The translations under genes and the position numbers were made by a program. From positions 16,058,001 to 16,122,000 of the forward strand of contig CM022668.1 in the NCBI GenBank assembly GCA_012295275.1: 64,000 nucleotides of DNA, written 5' to 3'. Below the pieces are notes generated by a model, which saw only the letters and a list, made by a program, of their open reading frames with translations, was not told the origin of the DNA and searched no databases. The stretch is from Chrysomallon squamiferum. Taxonomy: Eukaryota; Animalia; Mollusca. Positions 1 through 13,549 of the stretch are shown piece after piece (positions within the stretch are counted from its first letter, which is position 1; every line of letters starts with the position of its first letter).

Positions 1-286
1 AATAATAATAATAATAAAACCCTCTTAATTAATAATTTAATATATATATATATATACATACACATACACACAGACATACACAGATATACACGAACAAATT
101 ATATTAACAAGATGTACACACACACACACATACACACACACATGCACACATATATATATATATATGCTTGCATGTATTTATATGTATATATGTACGTATA
201 TAACTCCGTATCTATGTAACATAGGCATATACTGGTGTTTGTAAATGTTTGTGTGTGTTTGTACGTACACTAATACAGCATGTCTG

Positions 287-2756
287 TGAAAGTATGTAAA
301 CTAAATACTTACTCTGATGTACTGTATGAGAGTACGTAAACTAAATTCTTTCTCTGATGTACTGTATGAAAGTATGTAAACTAAATTCTTTCTCTGATGT
401 ACTGTATGAAAGTAGGTAAACTAAATACTTACTCTGACGTACTGTATGAGAGTACGTAAACTAAATACTTACTCTGATGTACTGTATGAAAGTAGGTAAA
501 CTAAATACTTACTCTGACGTACTGTATGAGAGTACGTAAACTAAATACTTACTCTGACGTACTGTATGAAAGTAGGTAAACTAAATACTTACTCTGACGT
601 ACTGTATGAAAAGTAGGTAAACTAAATACTTACTCTGATGTACTGTATGAAAGTAGGTAAACTAAATTCTTTCTCTGATGTACTGTATGAAAGTAGGTAA
701 ACTAAATTCTTTCTCTGATGTACTGTATGAAAGTAGGTAAACTAAATACTTACTCTGACGTACTGTATGAGAGTACGTAAACTAAATACTTACTCTGACG
801 TACTGTATGAAAGTAGGTAAACTAAATACTTACTCTGACGTACTGTATGAAAAGTAGGTAAACTAAATACTTACTCTGATGTACTGTATGAAAGTAGGTA
901 AACTAAATTCTTTCTCTGATGTACTGTATGAAAGTAGGTAAACTAAATTCTTTCTCTGATGTACTGTATGAAAGTAGGTAAACTAAATACTTACTCTGAT
1001 GTACTGTATGAAAGTAGGTAAACTAAATACTTTCTCTGATGTACTGTATGAAAGTAGGTAAACTAAATTCTTTCTCTGATGTACTGTATGAAAGTAGGTA
1101 AACTAAATACTTACTCTGATGTACTGTATGAAAGTAGGTAAACTAAATACTTACTCTGATGTACTGTATGAAAGTACGTAAACTAAATACTTACTCTGAT
1201 GTACTGTATTAAAGTACGTAAACTACTTACTCTGATGTACTGTATGAAAGTAGGTAAACTAAATACTTACTCTGATGTACTGTATGAAAGTACGTAAACT
1301 AAATACTTACTCTGATGTACTGTATGAAAGTACGTAAACTAAATACTTACTCTGATGTACTGTATGAGAGTACGTAAACTAAATACTTACTCTGATGTAC
1401 TGTATGAAAGTATGTAAACTAAATTCTTTCTCTGATGTACTGTATGAAAGTAGGTAAACTAAATACTTACTCTGACGTACTGTATGAGAGTACGTAAACT
1501 AAATACTTACTCTGATGTACTGTATGAAAGTAGGTAAACTAAATACTTACTCTGACGTACTGTATGAGAGTACGTAAACTAAATACTTACTCTGACGTAC
1601 TGTATGAAAGTAGGTAAACTAAATACTTACTCTGACGTACTGTATGAAAGTAGGTAAACTAAATACTTACTCTGATGTACTGTGTATGAAAGTAGGTAAA
1701 CTAAATTCTTTCTCTGATGTACTGTATGAAAGTAGGTAAACTAAATTCTTTCTCTGATGTACTGTATGAAAGTAGGTAAACTAAATTCTTTCTCTGATGT
1801 AAAGGTAAACTAAATACTTACTCTGACGTACTGTATGAAAGTAGGTAAACTAAATACTTACTCTGACGTACTGTATGAAAGTAGGTAAACTAAATACTTA
1901 CTCTCTGACGTACTGTATGAAAAGTAGGTAAACTAAATACTTACTCTGATGTACTGTATGAAAGTAGGTAAACTAAATTCTTTCTCTGATGTACTGTATG
2001 AAAGTAGGTAAACTAAATTCTTTCTCTGATGTACTGTATGAAAGTAGGTAAACTAAATACTTACTGACGTACTGTATGAAAGTAGGTAAACTAAATACTT
2101 ACTCTGACGTACTGTATGAAAGTAGGTAAACTAAATACTTACTCTGACGTACTGTATGAAAGAGGTAGGTAAACTAAATTTTTTCTCTGATGTACTGTAT
2201 GAAAGTAGGTAAACTAAATTCTTTCTCTGATGTACTGTATGAAAGTAGGTAAACTAAATTCTTTCTCTGATGTACTGTATGAAAGTAGGTAAACTAAATA
2301 CTTACTCTGATGTACTGTATGAAAGTAGGTAAACTAAATACTTTCTCTGATGTACTGTATGAAAGTAGGTAAACTAAATTCTTTCTCTGATGTACTGTAT
2401 GAAAGTAGGTAAACTAAATACTTACTCTGATGTACTGTATGAAAGTAGGTAAACTAAATACTTACTCTGATGTACTGTATGAAAGTACGTAAACTAAATA
2501 CTTACTCTGATGTACTGTATTAAAGTACGTAAACTACTTACTCTGATGTACTGTATGAAAGTAGGTAAACTAAATACTTACTCTGATGTACTGTATGAAA
2601 GTACGTAAACTAAATACTTACTCTGATGTACTGTATGAAAGTACGTAAACTAAATACTTACTCTGATGTACTGTATGAGAGTACGTAAACTAAATACTTA
2701 CTCTGATGTACTGTATGAAAGTAGGTAAACTAAATACTTACTCTGATGTATTGTAT
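287..2756. repeat. 40-bp minisatellite (~60 copies) that overlaps the GPCR exon 3 splice donor
   Basis: Unit AAACTAAATACTTACTCTGATGTACTGTATGAAAGTAGGT with recurrent variants (ATTCTTTCTCTG, CTGACG, GAGAGTACG). The last unit merges into the exon at 2742. Confidence 0.97.
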
Positions 2757-2845
2757 TAGTCTACACATGACATCTCCCGCGTACCAGTACTCTGTTATTT
2801 TGACTAGGATGTCAATCAACACGATGAAGGGACCGTTCAGAAGAT
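2742..2845 (-). CDS. CCAPR: Neuropeptide GPCR (CCAP/NPS-receptor-like), coding exon 3: TM2-ECL1-start of TM3
   Basis: ttttacag|...|gtaagt, 104 nt, phase 1 to 0. Reads (D)LLNGPFIVLIDILVKITEYWYAGDVMCRLIQYIR, with the WxxGxxxC ECL1/TM3 motif of vasopressin/CCAP/NPS-type receptors. Exact orthology is inferred from TM1-TM3 only. Confidence 0.88.
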
Positions 2846-2957
2846 CTGTAAAATAAACACCGTGAAGAATCTGTAACGCTGATCTGTTATTTCAGTCACA
2901 TAATCTGTGACTGCCAAAACAGATTGTTGGTTTGAACAGTTACGAAGGAGCTGAAGT

Positions 2958-3030
<73 letters not shown>

Positions 3031-4831
3031 AGACAGACAGAAAGACATAGAAAGAGACAGAGACAGAGAGACAGATAATCAGACAGAGATTGACAGAAAG
3101 AGAGAGAGAGGAGATATTTTTTTTATTCTTGTAATAAATATTTAGACACACACACACACAGGCGAGCAGGCAGTGATAGATAAAAATTAATAGCAAGCTA
3201 GCTAAAACCGATGAAGTGATAGATACGTAAGTATTTATCTAGCTAGACACATTACCGCGGTGTAAATGATTCGATATGTGGATAATGCAGTTTTCAGACG
3301 GATGCATTATATGAACAAACGGACTGAAAGAAAGACGGATGGACAGAAAAAAAAACAACAACTAAAAATTAAAACGACGAGAAAACAAAAGATTAACACA
3401 ACAAAAATACGAAGTACCTGTGACCAAACGTAAACGTGAGTTGAGTCTTATTAAAAACCATTGTTATTAAACTACGCAATGGTTTTCTCGTTACTATGTG
3501 TAGACAGACTGCAGCCCTTTGATTAATAATGTATTATCATTTTAAATAAATCATCTATCCTTCCTGAACAATACAAATATGTGAATCGATTAAGATTTTT
3601 GACGTCAGTTATTCAGACTGCTTTCAAGAACAAGAAGAATTATTTATCAAGACAGATCATAAAACTGAATCGTCAGACGCTGGCTGTTTTATAACTGCTA
3701 AATGAGTTAGCAGTATGTTTAGATTAAAACAGAAATTGAATTACCAATATGTGTATATAAATTTGGTTAATTTAGACCTGTAAAAATAACATGTCGACAT
3801 TTTGACTAGTTTCTTAATAATAATAATAATAATAATAATAATTATTATAAAATTATAATAATAATAATAATAATAATAGTAATAATAATAGTCATCATCA
3901 TCATAATCATCGTCATTTAAAGGTGAGAATCTGACAAGAGTTTAGAATATTTATTTAGCAGTACTCAAAACTGAACTGCGCTGTTTATAATGTTTAGAGT
4001 GGCGTTTTTTCTGGATTTAAATAAATAAACTAATTTATTTTTATTTTTCGTTTTTTAATGTTTTGGAGGGGTGTTGGAACAAACGTTACTAGCATTCTTA
4101 AGTGATATTTTTATACAGGTTTTTTTTCAGTCACGCACTGTCTTTGAGAATATGTAAACAACAACGTAAGAAATCACGTACTCAAACGCCACCTATCGGG
4201 AAAACGACGTGAACTTTTGTTTCAATTTATTATCTTCTTTTTATTCTCTTTTTATTTTTCATTTATTTCACGATTTTTCTTTCTTTCCTTCTTTCTTTTA
4301 TTTTTATTATGCAATTTTTTTCTTTCATTTTTTTTTTTAGTTTTATTAACTTTTTATTTCTTTTTTCTTGTTTAACGACTTTTCCTTTCTCAACCCCCCT
4401 TTTTTTTTCTTTTTTTCTTTTTTTTTCTGTATCATTATTACTTTATAAAATCTTGTTTTTACAATGAGAAATCGTCCTATTCGCGTGAACTACAATGATA
4501 ACAGGTTGAACGGGCCAAACACAAGCAATTAATAACACTCAAACTGCCATGTTCTTTCATGATAAACATATTAACAATCTCTCATCTCTCTCAAGCTAAT
4601 TTTAGAAAAACTCTCGCTCTAACGCAACAAATCTTATATCTGGCTACAAAGGTTTAAGGTGTCAATTTAACTGCATTGTTTTGATTACTTTTCCGCTCTG
4701 AATGTCCAAGAGTGATTTAATCTTATTTATTTTCATCCGCAGCGAAATATAAAATAATTTAATATATTATTATATTCAATTTGATAAAAATTCTAATAAA
4801 CGTTTTTTTTTTTCGAAATAATTTTTTTTTT

Positions 4832-5000
<169 letters not shown>

Positions 5001-5017
5001 TTAAAATGAGAACAAAC

Positions 5018-5156
5018 CCGCGACTGCTAGATTCAGAATAAAAAAGTTCATTCGAGATCGTCTCCTTTCAGGTGAGAGTGCTATGGCTGCCAAAACAATC
5101 GAGTTGCCACCAACAATCAGCAGGAACAAGATGATGAGAAACCCCATCTGAGCATC
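5018..5156 (-). CDS. CCAPR: Neuropeptide GPCR (CCAP/NPS-receptor-like), coding exon 2: TM1-ICL1-TM2
   Basis: tcttacag|...G|gtttgt, 139 nt, phase 0 to 1. Reads DAQMGFLIILFLLIVGGNSIVLAAIALSPERRRSRMNFFILNLAVA(D), with the TM1 GN, the SRMNFFI typical of CCAP receptors, and LAxAD completed across the splice. Confidence 0.9.
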
Positions 5157-5399
5157 CTGTAAGATAAAATATCAATAATAATAATAATAATAATAGTAAT
5201 AGTAATAATACTACTAATAATAATAGTAGTAATAATAATAGTAATAGTAATACTACTACTACTAATAATAATAATAGTAATAATAATAATAGTAATAGTA
5301 ATACTACTACTACTACTACTACTAATAATAATAATAGTAATAATAATAATAATAATAGTAATAGTAATAATAATAAAATAATAATAATAAATAATAACA

Positions 5400-5440
<41 letters not shown>

Positions 5441-5442
<2 letters not shown>

Positions 5443-5780
5443 ATATCGTAAAAGTACTACGCTCGTACTGCATAGCCATGTTGACTATACACACACCTCG
5501 CTCATGTTTTTCTATGATTTCATGCTTTAATTCAATGGACATCATCTGCTTCTTCTTCTCAGCACTGTTCTTTGCACTCACTTTCTTAGGATCCATGGCC
5601 AGAAAAAATAAATTTGGCAAAATACTGCACAAAACGCGAGCACAGCACAACAGAGATGCTTCCACAGCGAGGTAACCACGTGAAGCACAGCCAGTTAGTC
5701 GCGGGATGCTGAGCGGATGTTGTGTTGTTCGTTGCGCCAACTAGCGGCGGCGTATCTGAAGCTTGCTCGTAACTCGGATT
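5441..5780 (-). mobile_element. Tigger/pogo-family DNA transposon relic (5' part, CENP-B-type HTH fragment) in a GPCR intron
   Basis: 5596-5441 encodes MDPKKVSAKNSAEKKKQMMSIELKHEIIEKHERGVCIVNMAMQYERSTFTIC, resembling the N-terminal HTH of Tigger transposases. It is cut off by an (ATT)n tract. The upstream boundary is approximate. Confidence 0.8.
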
Positions 5781-6182
5781 TATACATATATACATGTTTA
5801 TTTAAATAGGTCTAGTCACATAATGTTAAATATTTAATCTTTACCGTAACCTAGTCCTGTACTGTCAAATATTTTAACTTTGCCCTACTCTAGTTATATA
5901 CTGTTTACAGTTGTATGTAGTTTTAACTACACTCTATTTCCAGTCACTTGATGTGTGTCGTCTGCTCTGTGACGTAATGTACATCCAGCAGACGACAAGT
6001 CAAGTGATGCCGCCAGGTATTTTCATCTTGACATTTGCTAATGGAAACCATAATAATACTATCAGATTAAAACAAACGAAAGAAGAAAAAAAACAATGAC
6101 GATAAAATGTTTTGTAAAGCTTGTTTAGTTTTTAGACACATAAAACAAAAATAGTAAACTAATTTAATAAGGTTATTATTAC

Positions 6183-6377
6183 CTTTGGGTAATCTGGAAT
6201 TTGGTCGTCGTTGTAGTCGACGTAGAGTTCCGTGCTGTTTGCGACGTCAGCGCTGATGGTGCTAGCAAAAGTCGTGACGTCATTGTTTGAATAGTTTATC
6301 GTGGATGTCATGGCGAATCTAGAAAACGAACCCGCTGCCATTATTGGAATCGTAGAAGAAACGGCAGTTCCAGACAT
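6183..6377 (-). CDS. CCAPR: Neuropeptide GPCR coding exon 1: extracellular N-terminus (exon extends as 5'UTR to an acceptor at 6427)
   Basis: ATG at 6377 opens 65 codons, MSGTAVSS...INYSNND...VANSTELYVDYNDDQIPDYPK. It is S/T-rich with N-glycosylation sequons NYS and NST. Donor AAG|gtaata in phase 0 matches exon 2, and a tttcag acceptor lies at 6428-6433. Confidence 0.8.
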
Positions 6378-6517
6378 ATTGTTTGTTTTTATCAGTTCAT
6401 ATCTGTACTGCCAGAGTGAATTCAGATCTGAAATATAAATATGTGTTTTAAGTGAATTAATATAAAATATTTCATTTACAGTTTGTGTGCTTGTGTGTGT
6501 CTGTGTGTGATTGTATG

Positions 6518-6597
<80 letters not shown>

Positions 6598-6919
6598 TAA
6601 CTAACTGAATGATGAATGAGTGATTAAAATAATTTTATTAAATTAAAATTATATATGTGTGTGTTTTTATGTGTATAAGTATGTATGTGTATGTGTATAT
6701 GTATATGTACGTATATATATATGTGTATATATATATATATATGTCATGCTATTACGTTACGTTATGTATGTATGTATGTATGTATCTATCTATATATGTA
6801 TGCATGTGTTGGTATGTATGTATTATGTACAAGTGCATGTATGTATATATCTATTTATGAATGTATATATATATATACAAGTTTTTAAATATGTATTTAT
6901 ATATGTGTGTATATGTATG

Positions 6920-6953
<34 letters not shown>

Positions 6954-7237
6954 TGTATGTAGTTTAGGATTTTGAATATTCTCTGTCTTATGTACGTCTG
7001 ATTAGACTCTGCACATAGACAATATTCGGGAACGCACTGGTACAGGAGAACAAAATCAAATCACGACTTTACAAACCCGTCAGATGCCGCTGACGAGACT
7101 CGAACGTATGGCACCCATTGTATGTATATATCTATGAGAGTAACAAGTACATATACACACAACAGTAAAAACAATAAAACATAAAAATTATGCCATAACA
7201 GTGCAGAAAATAATTTAAAATTAGAAATAATGATGCT

Positions 7238-7279
<42 letters not shown>

Positions 7280-7659
7280 TAATAAATTTCTAAAACGTCA
7301 AACGAATGAATAAAACCCATGCAGATGAGAAAGAATTAACAACGTGTTTTGAACTGGAGAGACATAATTACATATAACAGCGTGTTGAGTTAATCACGAG
7401 AAATCGCAATTATCTTTCCTTTGTTCTTCTTCCGCTCTTTTGCGCCAATGTGTCGCTGTCAAAGAATGCGTGTGCGTGCGAGCTCCCATGCGTACGTATG
7501 GGCAGATTAATCCCGTAGATGAAGAGAGGTGGTTTTACATGCAACATGAAAAAAGTTGGAGCATGAAGTAAGCGAACAGGTTAATTTTTTTTTTTTTTTT
7601 TTTTTTTTTGTTGACTGTAATTTAAAGATGTTTTAATCAAAATTAAAACGACGACAACG

Positions 7660-7692
<33 letters not shown>

Positions 7693-9196
7693 CATAAAAA
7701 CTAATGAAAACGGTAACATGTTTTCTTTTCTGCTGCATGACTAGAATATTGTTCGGAAGTAATGAAGAATGATACGACGACAACAACGACAACAACGATG
7801 ATGATGATAATAATAGATTACTACCACAACCACTATTATTATAAATCACCAGTGAAGTTGTAGTAGCAGTGGTGTTGTGGTAGCAACAATAATCGTAATA
7901 ATAATTATAATAATAGTACTGAAACAACTACTATATGTTATTATTATTAATTAGCACAGGAGAAGTAGTGGTAGTAGTAGTAGTAGTAGTAGTAGTAGAA
8001 GTAATAGTAGTAGTAATGATGTAGTGGTAGCAGCAGTAGTAGTAGCATTAGTGACTATAGTAATTATATAAGACTTAGCATTACGTGATTACATTAAAAC
8101 GAAAAGGCTTTGCATCACGTGACTGCTTCTAACTTTGTAGCTATTAATAGCATAGATAAATATCGGCTGAGTGGAAACAAACGCCATTAAAATATTATCA
8201 GCTTCATGTTAATGAAATACACAAATATATCCTCGCGTGTTTGAAAACTGCTGTAGAATATACACACAGCGTCTGGTGTGTACGCGTTCCTTTAAAACCT
8301 TCAGTGCGACAAGGTCAAACTGTATTTCAGACCTGTGTTTGTGTTGTGAGATGACGTGTTATGGCTTCTGTAACTTCCTCCAGCTCTCAGTCTGCTCAAG
8401 TTACACGAGACTCGTCTTTCTGAAAGTGTGATGGAGTAAGAACTGGAGCTTTCGCGTTTTTGTTCTTATTACGACAACAAAAGACAGCAAAATGATGAAA
8501 GTTACGTCTAAAAAAACAGACCGGTGATGCATCTAGATACATCTAATACAAGTTCATCACAGAGATGCAATTCTCCGTTGAGTTCGTAGGTGTTGTATTA
8601 CACTGTCGTATCATTAGCAAAGTTGTTTTTTTGGGAGGGTGCTGTTGTGTTTTTGTCTGGGGGGGGTTGTTTAAACACGCTATTAAATTCATTCCGTTTT
8701 TTTTCAGGGTTTTTTTTCTGGAAGTTTTTTTTTCTGGATGAATTATTCGTCGTCTGGAGATTTTGATTTGATCTACTTTTGATTTGATTCCACATCGAGA
8801 TTAATTAAGCTTATCGAACGTAAGGTCTTGTTTTAAATCAATTTATTTAGACAAACGTACACCATTCCGTGAGTCTGTGACAGCGTCTGTCCCTTCTCTT
8901 ATTAATGTAGTCGAGTCAGTTTATGTCGGAAATGTTTGAATTCACCCGAAAAATTCCGCTCACCAAGTAAAGCCTAACTTGTTTAAATAGAGTCTAAATG
9001 TTCCATTTACCAACTATGTCCTAACAGATCCCAAAATGTGCTGTTAAACCAGAATTTACTTATATTGTGTAAAATTCGCGATATACTCAATGTATAGTAT
9101 AACTGTGACATTTGACCTGACCTGACCTAGCCTGACCCTCTGACCTAACTGTGGTCTAAAACAAACTAATAATAAGTTTTAAAAAAAGAAGGAAAG

Positions 9197-9313
<117 letters not shown>

Positions 9314-10706
9314 TAAAGAAGTTAGCTGCATCATTTTCCATTGTTGTAATGCTGTTATTACATTCAGACTGTCCCATGCTGGTAAACTATAGCCAGAGAT
9401 ATCACACCTGTTTTAAACACTAGTTTTAACATGTTGGGATTCTGTGTGTGTGTTACAGAATACTGAAAACAAATGCGCCAGTGTGGCAATGTGTGCGAGG
9501 TTGTTTGATACATTTTTCGCTCAAGTCGTAAAGCATTAACCAGTTATTTCCTATACACGTCAACATTCAGTTCGCTTGTTTAAGCAAAGCACTCAATACG
9601 TAATTTAAATTAAATAAACTGCTTTTTGTCAGGTTGTCTCATAACTAATAAACTTTCAGTTCACCCTGCACACCTAATATATTATTTCCGTTGATTCGTA
9701 TTGATCTCGGAAAGTACTGGAATACGTTCACTGCTGGTCGGCTTTCATGGCGCCTTACCACCGACAAAGCAGACGAGATTAGGAAGCGTCGAGTTACGTG
9801 TTTGCGGTAAACACGTGTCCAGACGTGACATCTACAAGAGTTAATTGATGTCTGGTTTACAAGACACGTGAGTGTCTCTTTTAGCGTGACAGGGTTAACG
9901 TCTGTCATCAGATTTAGTTAAAGCTTGCTTAAGTCTGACTCTTGTTTGAGGACACAGAGAATAAATCCGCGAAACAAAAACAGACCTCAACACTCTCTGG
10001 ACGTTCTTAAAAAAAAACTTAATAATGGAAATCTAAACTAAGTTAGATGTGTAACTAACCACACAGTCAGTGCTAGATTGAGATGTGTCTGCACAGCCCC
10101 AGTTTAGTAGGATGTGAAAAAACAACTAAGCTGTACAATAAATAATGAAAGAGATTCCATCAGACTGATGCCCTTTAAGTTGCCGATTCTTTCGCTTATT
10201 TCCAAACCCGCTCCCGCGCTTTGTGTTGGTAAGGTTTCATGTCTAGGTTAACAGCCTTAAGTCGATTTGAACAAGAAAAAATGAAAACACACACAAAGAA
10301 AACAAAACAAACATCTCGAAGTTGAGTGTTAATGTTTTTTCTTCCTTGCAGCACTATTTCAACGATATAACGGTTGTTATAAAACAGATCTTGTTAAAAT
10401 GTCACCAAAGTCTTGTTTGGGTTTTCCTGGGGTCACTGTACCAGCTTTGGTTCCTTGTTTGTCTAATGATCACGATGTTAAGTAAACATGTAATAACGCA
10501 TCGATTTATACTATAATAATAATGAATTGCGTTTGTATTGCAGTCTTATTATATCACGTTTTGCCATCATGCATTATATTGTAGTGTACTGTAATTGTTT
10601 TTCCGTTACAGTGTTTTGTTGTTAAGCTGTGATATTATGTCTTTAATATGTCGTATTTGTGTATGTGTGTATATACGAATATGGTGTGTATGTGTATAAA
10701 GAAAGA

Positions 10707-10759
<53 letters not shown>

Positions 10760-11181
10760 ATGGATGGACAGAAAAACAGACACACAACCTGCCAGAGAGA
10801 CAGACAAACAGACAAACTGATAGCGAGATACATCAGACTAGAATTACAATATCGCTAATGAATGTTTTGTTTTACAAAAAAGAGAAGAAAAAAAAAGAAA
10901 AGAAAGAACATTGTCGTCTGCTCGCAATACTTTCAGTTCTCAGACTGCTCCTTTTGTCTGAATTATGTCAGAGAAATCAATTTCCTCTGACACTAAATGT
11001 CGATCTAACTACTAAATGATAAATTGAATACATCATTTTTACATTGATCTCTATGCTATAAATACCTCGGTTTAATTTCACATTTTCCTAGATCCAGATC
11101 AGCTGACCCTCTGTACGCTGGTTTAAGACATACGGGATTACCTCCTTGTATTTTTATTATTGCTTATTATTATTATTATTA

Positions 11182-11214
<33 letters not shown>

Positions 11215-11242
11215 GTGTTTTTTTTAGTTCGTTTTTATTTCA

Positions 11243-11320
<78 letters not shown>

Positions 11321-11393
11321 ATAATATATATGTACGTCCTTCTTTTTCTCTCTGTCTGTCACTCCATTCTTCTCTTCCTCTCTCTGTGTATGT

Positions 11394-11471
<78 letters not shown>

Positions 11472-11675
11472 TGGATTGGTACAACTCTACTGCATATCAA
11501 ATACATTGTGTGGTATAATCAAACTTATTACAGAAACGTTATGTATCACACAATGTTGTATTTTATCTACTATCTGTCACACTCCGAACTATTTTAGATC
11601 TGCTAGTCAGATAATCGTGTCTGGAAATTTTGTATTTGGTTGTTAATCTGAATTTCCAATCGACCCACGTGCGAA

Positions 11676-11815
11676 TTATGAAGCTAGTCATGATGAAGTA
11701 TCTACGTCAGTTATGAAGCTAGTTATAATTAGTTCTCATGATGACGTATCTACGTCAGTTATGAAGCTAGTTATAATTAGGCGTCATGATGAAGTATCTA
11801 CATCAGTGATGAAGA
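11676..11815. repeat. Short ~54-bp tandem repeat (2-3 copies)
   Basis: TTATGAAGCTAG...TCATGATGA(A/C)GTATCTAC(G/A)TCAG recurs three times. Confidence 0.8.
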
Positions 11816-12248
11816 CAAGTAAAGCTAAAAAGTCGACAGTGACTCAGTCTATCTGCGTGAAATAACAAAGTATCACTCGTCTGCTTCCTGACGTTTTTAC
11901 ACTTTCAAATAAACTCTTAATAAAACATGGCCAGCTGAGTCTTTTTTTTTTTTTTTTTTTTTTTTTTTGACATTTAAAAAGCTCTCTTTTATAATAAATA
12001 TATCCTTACTCGTTCAAATATTGCTGCAGGGTTGTATTTCTAGACATTTTCTGTTTTGTTCTTTTCTGAGTTAGAGAAATATATATATATATATATCTGT
12101 ATATAAATGCATGCGCGCTCAGATACAGACAAGTATTCACAGTCAAAATACTTAAACATAGATTCCATGCACACAGTATATATATATATATATATATACA
12201 TACACACACACACACAAACACACCTATTTATACAGATACATACATACA

Positions 12249-12307
<59 letters not shown>

Positions 12308-13132
12308 TTACATACATACACACAAACACATAAATATACAAATACATGGACAGATGGAAGGATGAATGTGAGACTGTGGCGGACAAACAGACGGACAGAC
12401 AGAGGATTACTGAATGAAAAAGAAAAAAATGAAGCTGGTCTTTAAAAAAAATATATATTGATCCATTAACACCCTTCTTGTCCATCTGCTGTGAAAAAAG
12501 AAAAAAATCTATTATAATTTTAGTCTCAGCAAAGAGACGTAACGAACGGTTTTTTTTCCAGCTATATCTGTTTTGACGGCGTTAAAAAGTTTTTATATTG
12601 CGTTTCTTCCCCATTACTGTTCATTAGAGGTTATCTGTCATACATGAAATACGTTAACAGGAAGAAGAGATAACTGTACAGACCGCAATATTCCACAGTT
12701 GTTAATAAATCGTCTTGTTCGGAACAGAATAAAACCCTAATGGAATATTTCAAATATAATTAGTTTAAAAAAAAAAAAATAAATAAATAAAAAAAAAAAA
12801 AAAAAAAATACAAAGCTGTTTTATTTGGTTTGACTGATTCAGCATGGTGCAAACGGAATTTGTGAATTTATTTACGATTTTTTTTTTTAAATTGTTTTTT
12901 AAAATTATTTCAATCTAATAACCGAAACACAAAATAAAAGATAGAAAAATAAATTTACTTCGTCGGCATTAAGTCCAGATAACGAGTTTATCTAGATTTC
13001 TAGAATAAAATTTATGAATTTAAATGTCTCGGTGTTCCTTGCTTAGATTTGTACACACTCGAGTGATTCAGAAACAGACTCAGTTACTTTACTCTGACGC
13101 ATTTAAAACCACAGAATATTATTTGGCACATT

Positions 13133-13549
13133 TTAATTGAGACACATATCACCATATTGTATCTAGTTTGAAACACATACCACCACATTGCATCTAATTT
13201 GAAACACATACCACCACATTGTATCTAGTTTGAAACACATACCACCACATTGCATCTAATTTGAAACACATACCACCACATTGTATCTAGTTTGAAACAC
13301 ATATCACCACATTGCATCTAATTTGAAACACATACCACCACATTGCATCTAATTTGAAACACATATCACCGCATTGTATCTAATTTGAAACACATATCAC
13401 CACACTGCATTCAAATTGAAACACAAACCACCACATTGCATCTAATTTGAAACACGTATCACCACATTGTATCTAATTTGAAACACATATCACCACATTG
13501 TATCCAATCTGAGACACATACCATCACATTGTATCTAATTTAAAACACA
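13133..13549. repeat. 31-bp minisatellite (~13 copies)
   Basis: Unit GAAACACATACCACCACATTG(T/C)ATCTA(G/A)TTT, period 31 (e.g. 13201 to 13232). Confidence 0.95.

Noticed and set aside
287-2756. CRISPR-like appearance of the 40-bp array (also the 57-bp array at 20614-21453)
   Set aside because: Units are contiguous with no unique spacers, there are no cas genes, and the context is a spliced eukaryotic gene.
5117-5740. 207-aa ORF as a single membrane protein
   Set aside because: It is a chimera of a Tigger fragment, an (ATT)n tract and an out-of-frame part of GPCR exon 2.
7075-7120. B-box-like GTTCGAGTC on the minus strand suggesting a tRNA
   Set aside because: No cloverleaf or A-box can be built. 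At most it is a SINE remnant.
9105-9150. Array of TGACC(T) nuclear-receptor half-sites
   Set aside because: More simply a short pentanucleotide repeat, with no other support.
13133-13549. Donor-like TG|gtatgt in the 31-bp repeat (minus strand), and acceptor-like words in the 74-bp and 48-bp repeats
   Set aside because: No adjacent exon could be identified and such short words are expected by chance, so these were not counted as junction repeats.
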